Positions 56,614 to 64,000 of a stretch of 64,000 bases of DNA are shown piece by piece (position 1 is the stretch's first letter; each line of letters starts with the position of its first letter). The translations under genes and the position numbers were made by a program. The DNA is taken from the NCBI GenBank assembly GCA_000434195.1, contig HF994452.1:1829-65828 (forward strand), read 5' to 3'. This DNA is from Clostridium sp. CAG:780. GTDB taxonomy: Bacteria > Bacillota > Clostridia > TANB77 > CAG-508. A model generated the notes under the pieces. That model saw only the letters and a list, made by a program, of their open reading frames with translations. It searched no databases and was not told the origin of the DNA.

Positions 56614-58930
56614 TAAGATTTTTAAATTAGATAAAGAAAAATTCAAAATACCGAGATGTGTTCAGGATATTATTCCGATAAAAGCAATATGGGAAGATGG
56701 AATTTTTCAAGTAAGTAAAAATAAATTTTCAAAATCATTTAAGTTTATGGATATTAATTATGCAGTTGCTAGTAAAGAAGATAAAGAAGCAATGTTTTTA
56801 GATTATTCTGATTTATTAAATTCATTAGATGTTGGAGCAATAACTAAAATTACAATAAATAATAGAAGAATAAATAAATTAGATTTTGAAAAAACAATAT
56901 TACTAGATGAAAGTAATGATGAACTTAATGATTATAGAAAAGAATATAACAAAATGCTTATATCTCAAGCAAAAAATGCAAATGAGATAGTGCAAGAAAA
57001 GATAATAACAATATCTGTTTATAAGAAAAATGTCGAAGAAGCTCGAAATTATTTTAATAGAGCAGGTAGTGAATTGATAAGTAGATTCAATACATTAGGC
57101 TCAAAATGTGTTGAATTAGACGCAAAAGAAAGATTAAGAATAGCACATGATTTTTATAGAACAGGAGAAGAAACCTCATTTAGATTTGATATACACGAAA
57201 CAATGAAGAAAGGTCATAATTTTAAAGATTTTATTTGCCCTGATACAGTAGAACTTGAAAGAGATTACTTTAAAATGGGAGATAGATATGGGAGAGTATT
57301 ATTCTTAAAGGAATATTCTAGTTATATCAACGATGATATGGTAACAGAACTTACAGACTTAAATAAAAATATGATGTTATCAATAGATGTTATTCCAATT
57401 CCGATGGACGAGGCAGTAAAAGAGGCAGAAAATCGTAGATTAGGTGTAGAAACGAACATTACAAACTGGCAGAGAAAACAGAATGCTCAAAACAATTATT
57501 CTGCAATAATACCTTATGATATGGAACAACAGAGAAATGACTCAAAAGAAATGTTAGATGACTTGACTATTCGTGACCAAAGAATGTTTTTAGGAGTTAT
57601 TACAATGGTAATAACAGAAGAATCAAAAGAAAAATTAGAAAGTGTGACAGATGCAATTTTAAAAATAGCTAGTAAAAATCTATGTCAGCTTGGAATATTA
57701 AGATTTCAACAATTAGATGGACTTAACACAGTATTACCGTTTGGAGTTAGAAAAATAGATGCAGTAAGAACTTTAACTACTGAAAGTTTAGCAGTATTTA
57801 TGCCATTCAAAGTGCAAGAAATTAGGCACGAGAATGGTATTTTTTATGGTCAAAATGCTATTAGTAAAAATATGATTATTGCAGATAGAAGACAACTTTT
57901 AAATGGAAACTCATTCATTTTGGGAGTATCTGGTAGTGGTAAATCATTTGCAGGAAAGCAAGAAATAACTTCAATAAGATTACGAGATCCAAATGCAGAC
58001 ATTATTTTAATAGACCCAGAATCCGAATATGCACCACTTGTTAAATCTTTAGGTGGAGAGGTAATTAAAATATCAGCAGTAAGTAATAATCACATAAATG
58101 CAATGGATATGAACTCTCAATATGGAGATGGAGCAAATCCAGTAATATTAAAATCTGAATTTATATTATCTTTGTGTGAACAACTAATTGGTAGTGGAAA
58201 TCTCGGACCGAAACAAAAATCAATAATTGATAGATGTACGGCAAATGTTTATAGAGTATTCCAACAAGGAAATTATCAAGGAATACCACCAACTCTGCAA
58301 GATTTTAGAGAAGAACTATTGAAACAACCAGAAGATGAGGCAAAAGAAATAGCACTTGCAATAGAATTATTTACAAATGGTTCTTTAAATACATTTGCTA
58401 TGAACACTAATGTAAATACATCTAATAGTTTAATATGCTATGATATTTTAGAATTAGGTAAACAATTACAACCAATAGGAATGTTAGTAGTATTAGATTC
58501 TATATTGAATAGAATTACTGCTAATAGAACAAAAGGAAAAAATACTTATATTTTCATTGATGAAATATATTTATTATTCCAATATGAATATTCTGCAAAT
58601 TTCTTATTTACACTTTGGAAACGAGTTAGAAAATATGGAGCTTTCTGCACAGGTATAACACAAAATGTTGAAGATTTATTACAAAGTCATACTGCTAGAA
58701 CTATGCTTGCAAACTCTGAATTTATAATAATGCTTAATCAAGCAAGTACAGATAGAATTGAACTTGCAAAATTATTAAATATATCTGATTTACAGATGAG
58801 CTTCATAACAAATGTAGGAGCAGGAGAAGGACTTATAAAAGTAGGTTCATCATTAGTTCCTTTTGTTAATAAATTTCCAAAAAATACAGAACTATATAGG
58901 CTGATGACAACTAAACCAGGAGAGTCTTAA
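56600..58930 (+). CDS. virB4: VirB4/TraE-type conjugal transfer ATPase
   Basis: Walker A GVSGSGKS and Walker B YIFIDEIYLL. 776 aa. Confidence 0.8.
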   Translation: MRTLNKIFKLDKEKFKIPRCVQDIIPIKAIWEDGIFQVSKNKFSKSFKFMDINYAVASKEDKEAMFLDYSDLLNSLDVGAITKITINNRRINKLDFEKTILLDESNDELNDYRKEYNKMLISQAKNANEIVQEKIITISVYKKNVEEARNYFNRAGSELISRFNTLGSKCVELDAKERLRIAHDFYRTGEETSFRFDIHETMKKGHNFKDFICPDTVELERDYFKMGDRYGRVLFLKEYSSYINDDMVTELTDLNKNMMLSIDVIPIPMDEAVKEAENRRLGVETNITNWQRKQNAQNNYSAIIPYDMEQQRNDSKEMLDDLTIRDQRMFLGVITMVITEESKEKLESVTDAILKIASKNLCQLGILRFQQLDGLNTVLPFGVRKIDAVRTLTTESLAVFMPFKVQEIRHENGIFYGQNAISKNMIIADRRQLLNGNSFILGVSGSGKSFAGKQEITSIRLRDPNADIILIDPESEYAPLVKSLGGEVIKISAVSNNHINAMDMNSQYGDGANPVILKSEFILSLCEQLIGSGNLGPKQKSIIDRCTANVYRVFQQGNYQGIPPTLQDFREELLKQPEDEAKEIALAIELFTNGSLNTFAMNTNVNTSNSLICYDILELGKQLQPIGMLVVLDSILNRITANRTKGKNTYIFIDEIYLLFQYEYSANFLFTLWKRVRKYGAFCTGITQNVEDLLQSHTARTMLANSEFIIMLNQASTDRIELAKLLNISDLQMSFITNVGAGEGLIKVGSSLVPFVNKFPKNTELYRLMTTKPGES

Positions 58931-59715
58931 TGAATAAAATATATAGTTTGGTTTTAATACTACTAATAGTTATTTTAGCTATTAGTAGTTATTTTTTTAT
59001 AAAAGAAATTGCAGAAAATAAGAAAGAAAATGAATTATTTGAAGAATTGCAGGAAGTAGTTCAGGAAGAAGAAAAAACGATCGACCAAAATCAAATTACA
59101 GACAATTTTAAAAATGAAACAAGTAATTTATCATCTAAAAATGTTGGAAATTACAATTTAGAAAGCATTTTAAAAATAAATACAGACATAATTGGGTGGA
59201 TTAAAATTGATGGAACAAATATAAATTATCCTGTTATGCAAAATGGAGATTTCTATCTTAATAGAAATGTTTATAAAAATTATTCAAGTAGTGGAACTCC
59301 ATATTTAGCAGAACATTGTAATTTAAAAACAAGTGATAACTTAATTATATATGGACATCACATGAAGAATAACACAATGTTTTCTAATTTAGATAATTAC
59401 AAAAATTATAACTATTATAAGAACCACAAGTATATAAAGTTTTATACATTAGAAGATAATAAAACTATTGAAAATGACTATGAAATAGTATTTGCATTTA
59501 AAACAGTTGCTTATTCTGATAAAGGCTTTAAATATTATAATTATACAAAGTTTTATGATGAAAATGATTTTAATTCATTTGTAGAAAAATGTCGAAATTA
59601 TGAGTTTTACAATACAAATGTCAAAGTGAATTATGTAGATAAGCTAATTACATTATCTACTTGTGAATATTCACAAAAGAATGGAAGAATGGTAATTATA
59701 GCAAAGAAAATATAA
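58930..59715 (+). CDS. srtB: class B sortase
   Basis: N-terminal TM segment, NINYPVMQNGDFYLNRN, IIYGHHMKN and TLSTCEY (catalytic Cys). Its ATG overlaps the virB4 stop (TAATG). Confidence 0.8.
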   Translation: MNKIYSLVLILLIVILAISSYFFIKEIAENKKENELFEELQEVVQEEEKTIDQNQITDNFKNETSNLSSKNVGNYNLESILKINTDIIGWIKIDGTNINYPVMQNGDFYLNRNVYKNYSSSGTPYLAEHCNLKTSDNLIIYGHHMKNNTMFSNLDNYKNYNYYKNHKYIKFYTLEDNKTIENDYEIVFAFKTVAYSDKGFKYYNYTKFYDENDFNSFVEKCRNYEFYNTNVKVNYVDKLITLSTCEYSQKNGRMVIIAKKI

Positions 59716-59734
59716 AAGTCTGGAGGTGGTATAA

Positions 59735-60910
59735 ATGCCAGATATAAAGTTAAAAGAAAAAAGTATAATAAAACAATTAGATAAAAAAGTAGTACAAACA
59801 CAAAATTTTAAAAACAATTTAGTAACTACAAAAGAACGATTAAATGAATTTACATCAAAAGAAGAAAATACTTCAGCAGAAAATTATGCAAGTAATCATA
59901 TTCAAAATGATATAAGTTATCTATCAAGAAAAGGTGCAACAAAGAGTAATGAAATAGGAAAAAAATCATTAGAAAATACAAAACAGAATATCATAAAAAG
60001 TAAAGAAAAAATATCAAGCCTTAAATCTAAAATAAAACAGAAGAAAGCACAGCAAATTAAAAATGCAGTAAAAAAACGAACAATAAAGAATGGAACTCAA
60101 AAAAGAATTAAATATGCAAAGAATGGAGCTAAACTTACTAAAAAAGGAATAAAAACATCTGAACAAGTTACTAAAAATAGTGCAAAAGTAGCAAAACAAA
60201 GTGTTAAAGCAAGTAAAAGAGCAATAATGATTGCTAAAAGAACAGCACAATTAACTATAAAAGCAGTTAAGGTAACTGTGAAAGCAACAATAGCAACAAT
60301 AAAAGCAATAATTGCTGCAACAAAAGCTATTATTTCTGCAATAGTTGCAGGAGGTTGGGTGGCAGTTGTAATTATTTTAGTAATAGCTTTAATTGGTGGA
60401 TTTGTAGCTGCAATTTTTAATAGTAACGGAGATGCAGATTATGATACCTCACAAATTCCTAATAGTGAAATAGTATTAGTTGCAAAAGCACAGATAGGAA
60501 ATGAGGGAGGAGATAAATTTTGGAAATGGTATGGATTTGAAGAACATGTGCATTGGTGTGCCTGTTTTGTGAGTTGGTGTGCAAACGAATGTGGTTACAT
60601 AGATAAAGGTATTATTCCTAAATTTGCAGGTTGTGTTAATGGAATAGATTGGTTTAAAGAAAAAAATCAATGGCACGATAGAGGAGAAAGCTATTATCCA
60701 ATAGTTGGAGATATAATTTTTTTCGATTGGAAAGATGAAAATGGTAATCAAGATGGGACAAGCGACCATGTTGGAATTGTAACAAGAACAGATATTACAA
60801 ATAGAAACATTTATACAATAGAAGGAAACACAAGTAACAAATGTGCTGAAAGAATGTACTCTTTTGATGATGTTCAAGTTATGGGGTATGGTAGTCCTAA
60901 ATATGAATAA
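59735..60910 (+). CDS. CHAP/NlpC-P60 peptidoglycan hydrolase of the T4SS
   Basis: K-rich N-terminus, a TM segment (GGWVAVVIILVIALIGGFV), and a C-terminal CHAP domain with WCACFVSWCANECG and SDHVGIV. Confidence 0.75.
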   Translation: MPDIKLKEKSIIKQLDKKVVQTQNFKNNLVTTKERLNEFTSKEENTSAENYASNHIQNDISYLSRKGATKSNEIGKKSLENTKQNIIKSKEKISSLKSKIKQKKAQQIKNAVKKRTIKNGTQKRIKYAKNGAKLTKKGIKTSEQVTKNSAKVAKQSVKASKRAIMIAKRTAQLTIKAVKVTVKATIATIKAIIAATKAIISAIVAGGWVAVVIILVIALIGGFVAAIFNSNGDADYDTSQIPNSEIVLVAKAQIGNEGGDKFWKWYGFEEHVHWCACFVSWCANECGYIDKGIIPKFAGCVNGIDWFKEKNQWHDRGESYYPIVGDIIFFDWKDENGNQDGTSDHVGIVTRTDITNRNIYTIEGNTSNKCAERMYSFDDVQVMGYGSPKYE

Positions 60911-60968
60911 AAATAGTATCAAGTAAGGTATATAAAACTTTGCTTGATACTATTTATTTTTTTGCTTT
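60911..60968 (+). terminator. rho-independent terminator
   Basis: 13-bp perfect stem aaatagtatcaag/cttgatactattt, followed by a T-rich tail. Confidence 0.75.
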
Positions 60969-61003
60969 TTTATGATACAATGCAAAAAATCAAGGAGGAA
61001 TAT

Positions 61004-61747
61004 ATGTTAGATAATATAGAAGTTTTATATCATAGCAGTATAAGAATTAACAAAGAAAAAATAATTTATATAGATCCATTTAAAATAGATAGAAATTTTA
61101 ATGATGCAGATATTATTTTTATAACACACGACCACTATGACCATTATTCTGAAGAAGATATAGAGAAGGTTATAAATGAAAACACAACTATTATAATACC
61201 AGAAGATAATGATGCAGATATTGTTTTTATAACACACGATCATTATGACCATTATTCTGAAGAAGATATAGATAAGGTTATAAATGAAAACACAACTATT
61301 ATAATACCAGAAGAATTATTAACAAAACTGTTAAGAAAAGGCATAAATAAAAATGCAATTATTACAGTAGAGCCAAACAAAGAATATGTGGTAGAAGGAA
61401 TTAAATTTAAAACAATACCAGCATATAATACAAACAAAACATTCCATCCAAAAGGAAACGATTGGGTTGGCTACATTATTACAATAAATAATATTAGATA
61501 TTATATTGCAGGAGATACAGACATTACAGAAGAAAATAAAAAAGTAAAATGTGATGTTGCTTTTGTTCCAGTTGGAGGAACATATACAATGGATTTCAAA
61601 GAGGCAGCACAATTAATCAACGAAATACAACCTAAAATAGCAATCCCAATTCATTATGGTAGTGTAGTTGGAACAAACCAAGATGCTACAGATTTTGTGA
61701 AATTATTGAATCCAAGTATAAAAGGTATAATTTTAATGAAACAATAA
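61004..61747 (+). CDS. MBL-fold metallo-hydrolase carrying an internal 36-codon duplication
   Basis: ITHDHYDH (HxHxDH) occurs twice. AGDTD and PVGGTYTM...PIHYG are typical of small MBL-fold hydrolases. ATG 61004 has AAGGAGG upstream; the ORF track starts at 60944, inside the terminator. Confidence 0.7.
   Translation: MLDNIEVLYHSSIRINKEKIIYIDPFKIDRNFNDADIIFITHDHYDHYSEEDIEKVINENTTIIIPEDNDADIVFITHDHYDHYSEEDIDKVINENTTIIIPEELLTKLLRKGINKNAIITVEPNKEYVVEGIKFKTIPAYNTNKTFHPKGNDWVGYIITINNIRYYIAGDTDITEENKKVKCDVAFVPVGGTYTMDFKEAAQLINEIQPKIAIPIHYGSVVGTNQDATDFVKLLNPSIKGIILMKQ
61100..61315 (+). repeat. 2 x 108-bp in-frame tandem duplication
   Basis: 61100-61207 versus 61208-61315 differ at five positions by my alignment. 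Confidence 0.9.
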
Positions 61748-61766
61748 ATGAAAGAAGGAATGAACA

Positions 61767-61943
61767 ATGCAATTTTCCAATAAAGATATACAACTATTTA
61801 ATGAAGCAGGAATAAATGTAGAAAATAAGAATTATACAAATGATGAAGTAGAAAGATTTAAAATAAAAGTTACAGATTTTATAATGAGTCAAAGCACAAA
61901 AGATATAGAAAAATATAGTAAGAAATTTAGTAGTTTATTATAA
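61767..61943 (+). CDS. hypothetical 58-aa protein (below the ORF-track cutoff)
   Basis: ATG 61767 follows agaagga. Translation read by eye: MQFSNKDIQLFNEAGINVENK...KYSKKFSSLL. It fills the gap between flanking genes. Confidence 0.4.
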   Translation: MQFSNKDIQLFNEAGINVENKNYTNDEVERFKIKVTDFIMSQSTKDIEKYSKKFSSLL

Positions 61944-61953
61944 GGGATTAGAT

Positions 61954-62280
61954 ATGAATAAAGAAGAGATAATAGAATATTGTTTAACATTAGAAAATAC
62001 ATTTAAAGATTGTCCATTTTCAGATGATTTTGAATCTGTTACAATGAAACATTGCAAGAATAAAAAGTGGTTTGCACTAATTATGAATGTCAATAATAAG
62101 TTATATCTTAATGTAAAAACAGATCCAAACTATTCTGATATATTAAGAAATACTTATGATTATATAATACCTGCATATCACATGAATAAGGAACATTGGA
62201 ATACAATTATTGTAGATGAAAAAGTGGACAAGACATTAGTAAAAGAAATGATAGAACAAAGTTATCAATTAACAAAGTAA
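61954..62280 (+). CDS. MmcQ/YjbR family protein
   Basis: CPFSDDFESVTMKHCKNKKWFALIM...PAYHMNKEHWNTIIVD fits the MmcQ/YjbR pattern. Confidence 0.65.
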   Translation: MNKEEIIEYCLTLENTFKDCPFSDDFESVTMKHCKNKKWFALIMNVNNKLYLNVKTDPNYSDILRNTYDYIIPAYHMNKEHWNTIIVDEKVDKTLVKEMIEQSYQLTK

Positions 62281-62316
62281 AAAGAAAATAGTAAGTTGTC
62301 AAGGAGAAATATAGTT

Positions 62317-62943
62317 ATGGAATTTAGCAAAAAAATACAAGAATTAAGAAATAAAAATAAATTAACACAAGAACAATTTGCAGAAAAATTATATGTATCA
62401 CGAACTGCAGTATCAAAATGGGAAAGTGGGAAAGGTTATCCTAGCATTGATTCATTAAAATATATATCAAAAATATTTAATGTTTCAATTGATGAACTAT
62501 TATCAAATGAAGAAATAATAGATATTGCTAAAAATGAAAATACTTCTAACATTGAAAAAATAAATAATTTAGTATATGGATTACTTGATATAATGATTAT
62601 TTTATTTATCTTTTTACCACTTTATGGACAAAAAATTGGAGAAAAATTTTATACAGTATCTTTAATTAGTTGTACTGATATAGGAAATACTATAAAAACA
62701 ATATACTTTATTACTTTGATTTTTATATCTATAATTGGAATTGTAGAAATTGTATATAATTTTATAGATGACAAGAAAATACGAATTATAGTTAATATTG
62801 TTTCACTTATTATTCAAACAATTGCAATATTATTTTTTGTAATGACAAGACAACCTTATGCAACATCAATAATGTTTATGATATTGATTATAAAAATGTC
62901 ATTGATAATTAAAGATAATTTTAATAAGAAAAAAGTATTATGA
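62317..62943 (+). CDS. membrane-bound XRE-family HTH regulator (BcrR-like architecture)
   Basis: N-terminus IQELRNKNKLTQEQFAEKLYVSRTAVSKWESGKGYPSIDSL (HTH_XRE), followed by four hydrophobic helices. ATG 62317 is preferred over TTG 62296. Confidence 0.65.
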   Translation: MEFSKKIQELRNKNKLTQEQFAEKLYVSRTAVSKWESGKGYPSIDSLKYISKIFNVSIDELLSNEEIIDIAKNENTSNIEKINNLVYGLLDIMIILFIFLPLYGQKIGEKFYTVSLISCTDIGNTIKTIYFITLIFISIIGIVEIVYNFIDDKKIRIIVNIVSLIIQTIAILFFVMTRQPYATSIMFMILIIKMSLIIKDNFNKKKVL

Positions 62944-63071
62944 GTGCCTAAAAATAGGCAGTGTTACTAAAAGTGTCAAACAAATATATATGTAGTGAGA
63001 GAAAGTTTCTTGATAGATATAAAATTTCATAATAAACTAAAAATGGGCTTACCCAGAAAGGAGTATTTATT

Positions 63072-63728
63072 ATGAACAACAAAAAAAGAAATTTTCTCAT
63101 TAGTGGAATTTTGCTTTTAATAGCAATAACTTTTACAATATTAGTCAAAGTAGTAGATGTAAAACAAATTGGAGTAAACAATTCTAGTATAGGGTTTGCG
63201 ACTTTAAATCAATTTATTTTTGAAACTACAGGAGTAAATATGATTTGGTATCACATTACTGATTGGTTAGGATTAATTCCTGTTTTTATGGCTATAGTGT
63301 ATGCTTTTATAGGGCTTATCCAATTCATAAAAAGAAGAAGTATATTTAAAGTCGATAAAGAGATTATACTATTAGGACTATATTATATTATTGTAATAGC
63401 TTTATATGTATTCTTTGAAAAAGTAATTATTAATTATAGACCAATATTAATGAATGGCTTTTTAGAAGCATCTTACCCATCATCTCATACATTGATGACA
63501 ATTTGCATTTGTGGAAGTTCTATTTTAATCAATAAAAAGTTATTTAATAATAAAATAACAAAAGTTATTAATTATTTATCAATTATTATAATTACAATAA
63601 CTGTTGTTGGAAGATTAATATCAGGTGTTCATTGGTTTACTGATATTATAGGTGGCATACTTATATCAAGTGGTTTATTAATGACTTTTTATTCTTTATT
63701 AAGTATAATAAACAAAGAAAATTATTAG
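63072..63728 (+). CDS. PAP2-family phosphatase (candidate undecaprenyl-pyrophosphate phosphatase)
   Basis: YPSSHT and SGVHWFTD motifs of the PAP2 superfamily. Polytopic. Confidence 0.7.
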   Translation: MNNKKRNFLISGILLLIAITFTILVKVVDVKQIGVNNSSIGFATLNQFIFETTGVNMIWYHITDWLGLIPVFMAIVYAFIGLIQFIKRRSIFKVDKEIILLGLYYIIVIALYVFFEKVIINYRPILMNGFLEASYPSSHTLMTICICGSSILINKKLFNNKITKVINYLSIIIITITVVGRLISGVHWFTDIIGGILISSGLLMTFYSLLSIINKENY

Positions 63729-63774
63729 TACAAATTACAATTTTATAGTTATTGATTTATAGTAATTTACCGAA

Positions 63775-63802
63775 AAGATTGTCAGTAATGACAGTCTTTT
63801 TT
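63775..63802 (+). terminator. rho-independent terminator
   Basis: Stem aagattgtca/tgacagtctt (one G-U pair), followed by a T-run. Confidence 0.7.
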
Positions 63803-63821
63803 GTACGACAAGCAGTTATAC

Positions 63822-63856
63822 AAATAGATTAGTTCAGTGCAACTAATCTATTTTTT
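63822..63856 (+). terminator. second rho-independent terminator
   Basis: 13-bp perfect stem aaatagattagtt/aactaatctattt, followed by a T-run. Confidence 0.75.
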
Positions 63857-63902
63857 ATAAGAATTATAAACGAATTAAATGCAATTATTTTTTTATTATT
63901 TA

Positions 63903-63939
63903 TTGACATTTAATTATAACTACTATAAAATATAGTAGT
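63903..63939 (+). promoter_or_regulatory. promoter TTGACA-17-TAAAAT overlapped by a perfect 9-bp palindrome (candidate operator)
   Basis: TTGACA at 63903-63908 and TAAAAT at 63926-63931. Palindrome actactata-aaa-tatagtagt at 63919-63939. Confidence 0.5.
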
Positions 63940-63971
63940 ATAGTTTGTAGTAGAAAGAAGGGCTTAAATAT

Positions 63972-64000
63972 ATGAAAAATTATGACAACTATTTTCTTCC
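63972..64000 (+). CDS. start of an unidentified gene (3'-truncated by the window)
   Basis: ATG 63972 preceded by agaaagaaggg. Only about 9 codons are visible. Confidence 0.3.

Larger units (their letters stand above)
30157..64000 (+). mobile_element. Tn1549/CTn-like integrative conjugative element (partial; ends not identified)
   Basis: Contiguous parAB, surface adhesin, polyvalent methylase-helicase, Toprim, MobC, relaxase, PcfB, VirD4, Maff2, TrbL-like, PrgI, VirB4, sortase and CHAP hydrolase genes. The left edge lies somewhere in 29.43-30.2 kb. No integrase or recombinase is in the window, so the element probably continues past 64000. Confidence 0.75.

Noticed and set aside
1-64000. tRNA, rRNA, riboswitch, IS element or transposase genes
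   Set aside because: Reading the intergenic regions by eye, I found no cloverleaf-like or conserved riboswitch sequences. No transposase- or integrase-like ORF is in the track. An absence judged by eye is not proof.

Overview
Very AT-rich, Clostridia-like Firmicute DNA. Every gene I can support is on the + strand; the minus-strand ORFs look like Phe/Leu/Ile-rich shadows.

Four blocks:
(1) 1-930: a short, visibly more GC-rich segment (27 of the first 60 nt are G+C by my count). It holds two small paralogous ORFs ending in W-R-W and a textbook sigma-A promoter. It is probably the edge of a foreign element.
(2) 1028-24245: rpiA followed by a large cell-wall glycopolymer locus. It contains GT4, GT2 and GT32 glycosyltransferases, a TagO/WecA-type priming enzyme, TagGH-type ABC exporter genes, an O-antigen-ligase/polymerase-like protein, two polyprenyl-phosphate GT2 + GT-C-like membrane protein pairs, and a ricin-lectin/GH73/SH3 autolysin.
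(3) 24259-29431: ruvB without ruvA, flanked by two apparently split polytopic membrane protein genes, then a QueH-GNAT fusion.
(4) about 30.2 kb to the window end: a Tn1549/CTn-like conjugative element.

The conjugative element encodes:
- parA (frameshifted) and parB
- a thioester-type VPKTG adhesin
- a 2320-aa ArdC-N/methylase/SNF2 polyvalent protein
- an Erm-like rRNA methylase plus an Lsa-like ABC-F protein
- a Toprim protein, MobC, a relaxase and PcfB
- VirD4 (frameshifted), Maff2, a TrbL-like protein, PrgI and VirB4
- sortase B, a CHAP hydrolase and further cargo

No recombinase and no element ends are visible in the window.

The most unusual signal is a complete TnpV-like ORF, with its own Shine-Dalgarno sequence, lying in an alternative frame inside the polyvalent ORF. 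Other notable points:
- a shared 15-nt 5' leader in front of both resistance genes
- a 108-bp in-frame duplication of the HxHxDH motif in an MBL-fold gene
- a BcrR-like/PAP2 pair

All family assignments come from motifs read by eye. No searches were run.
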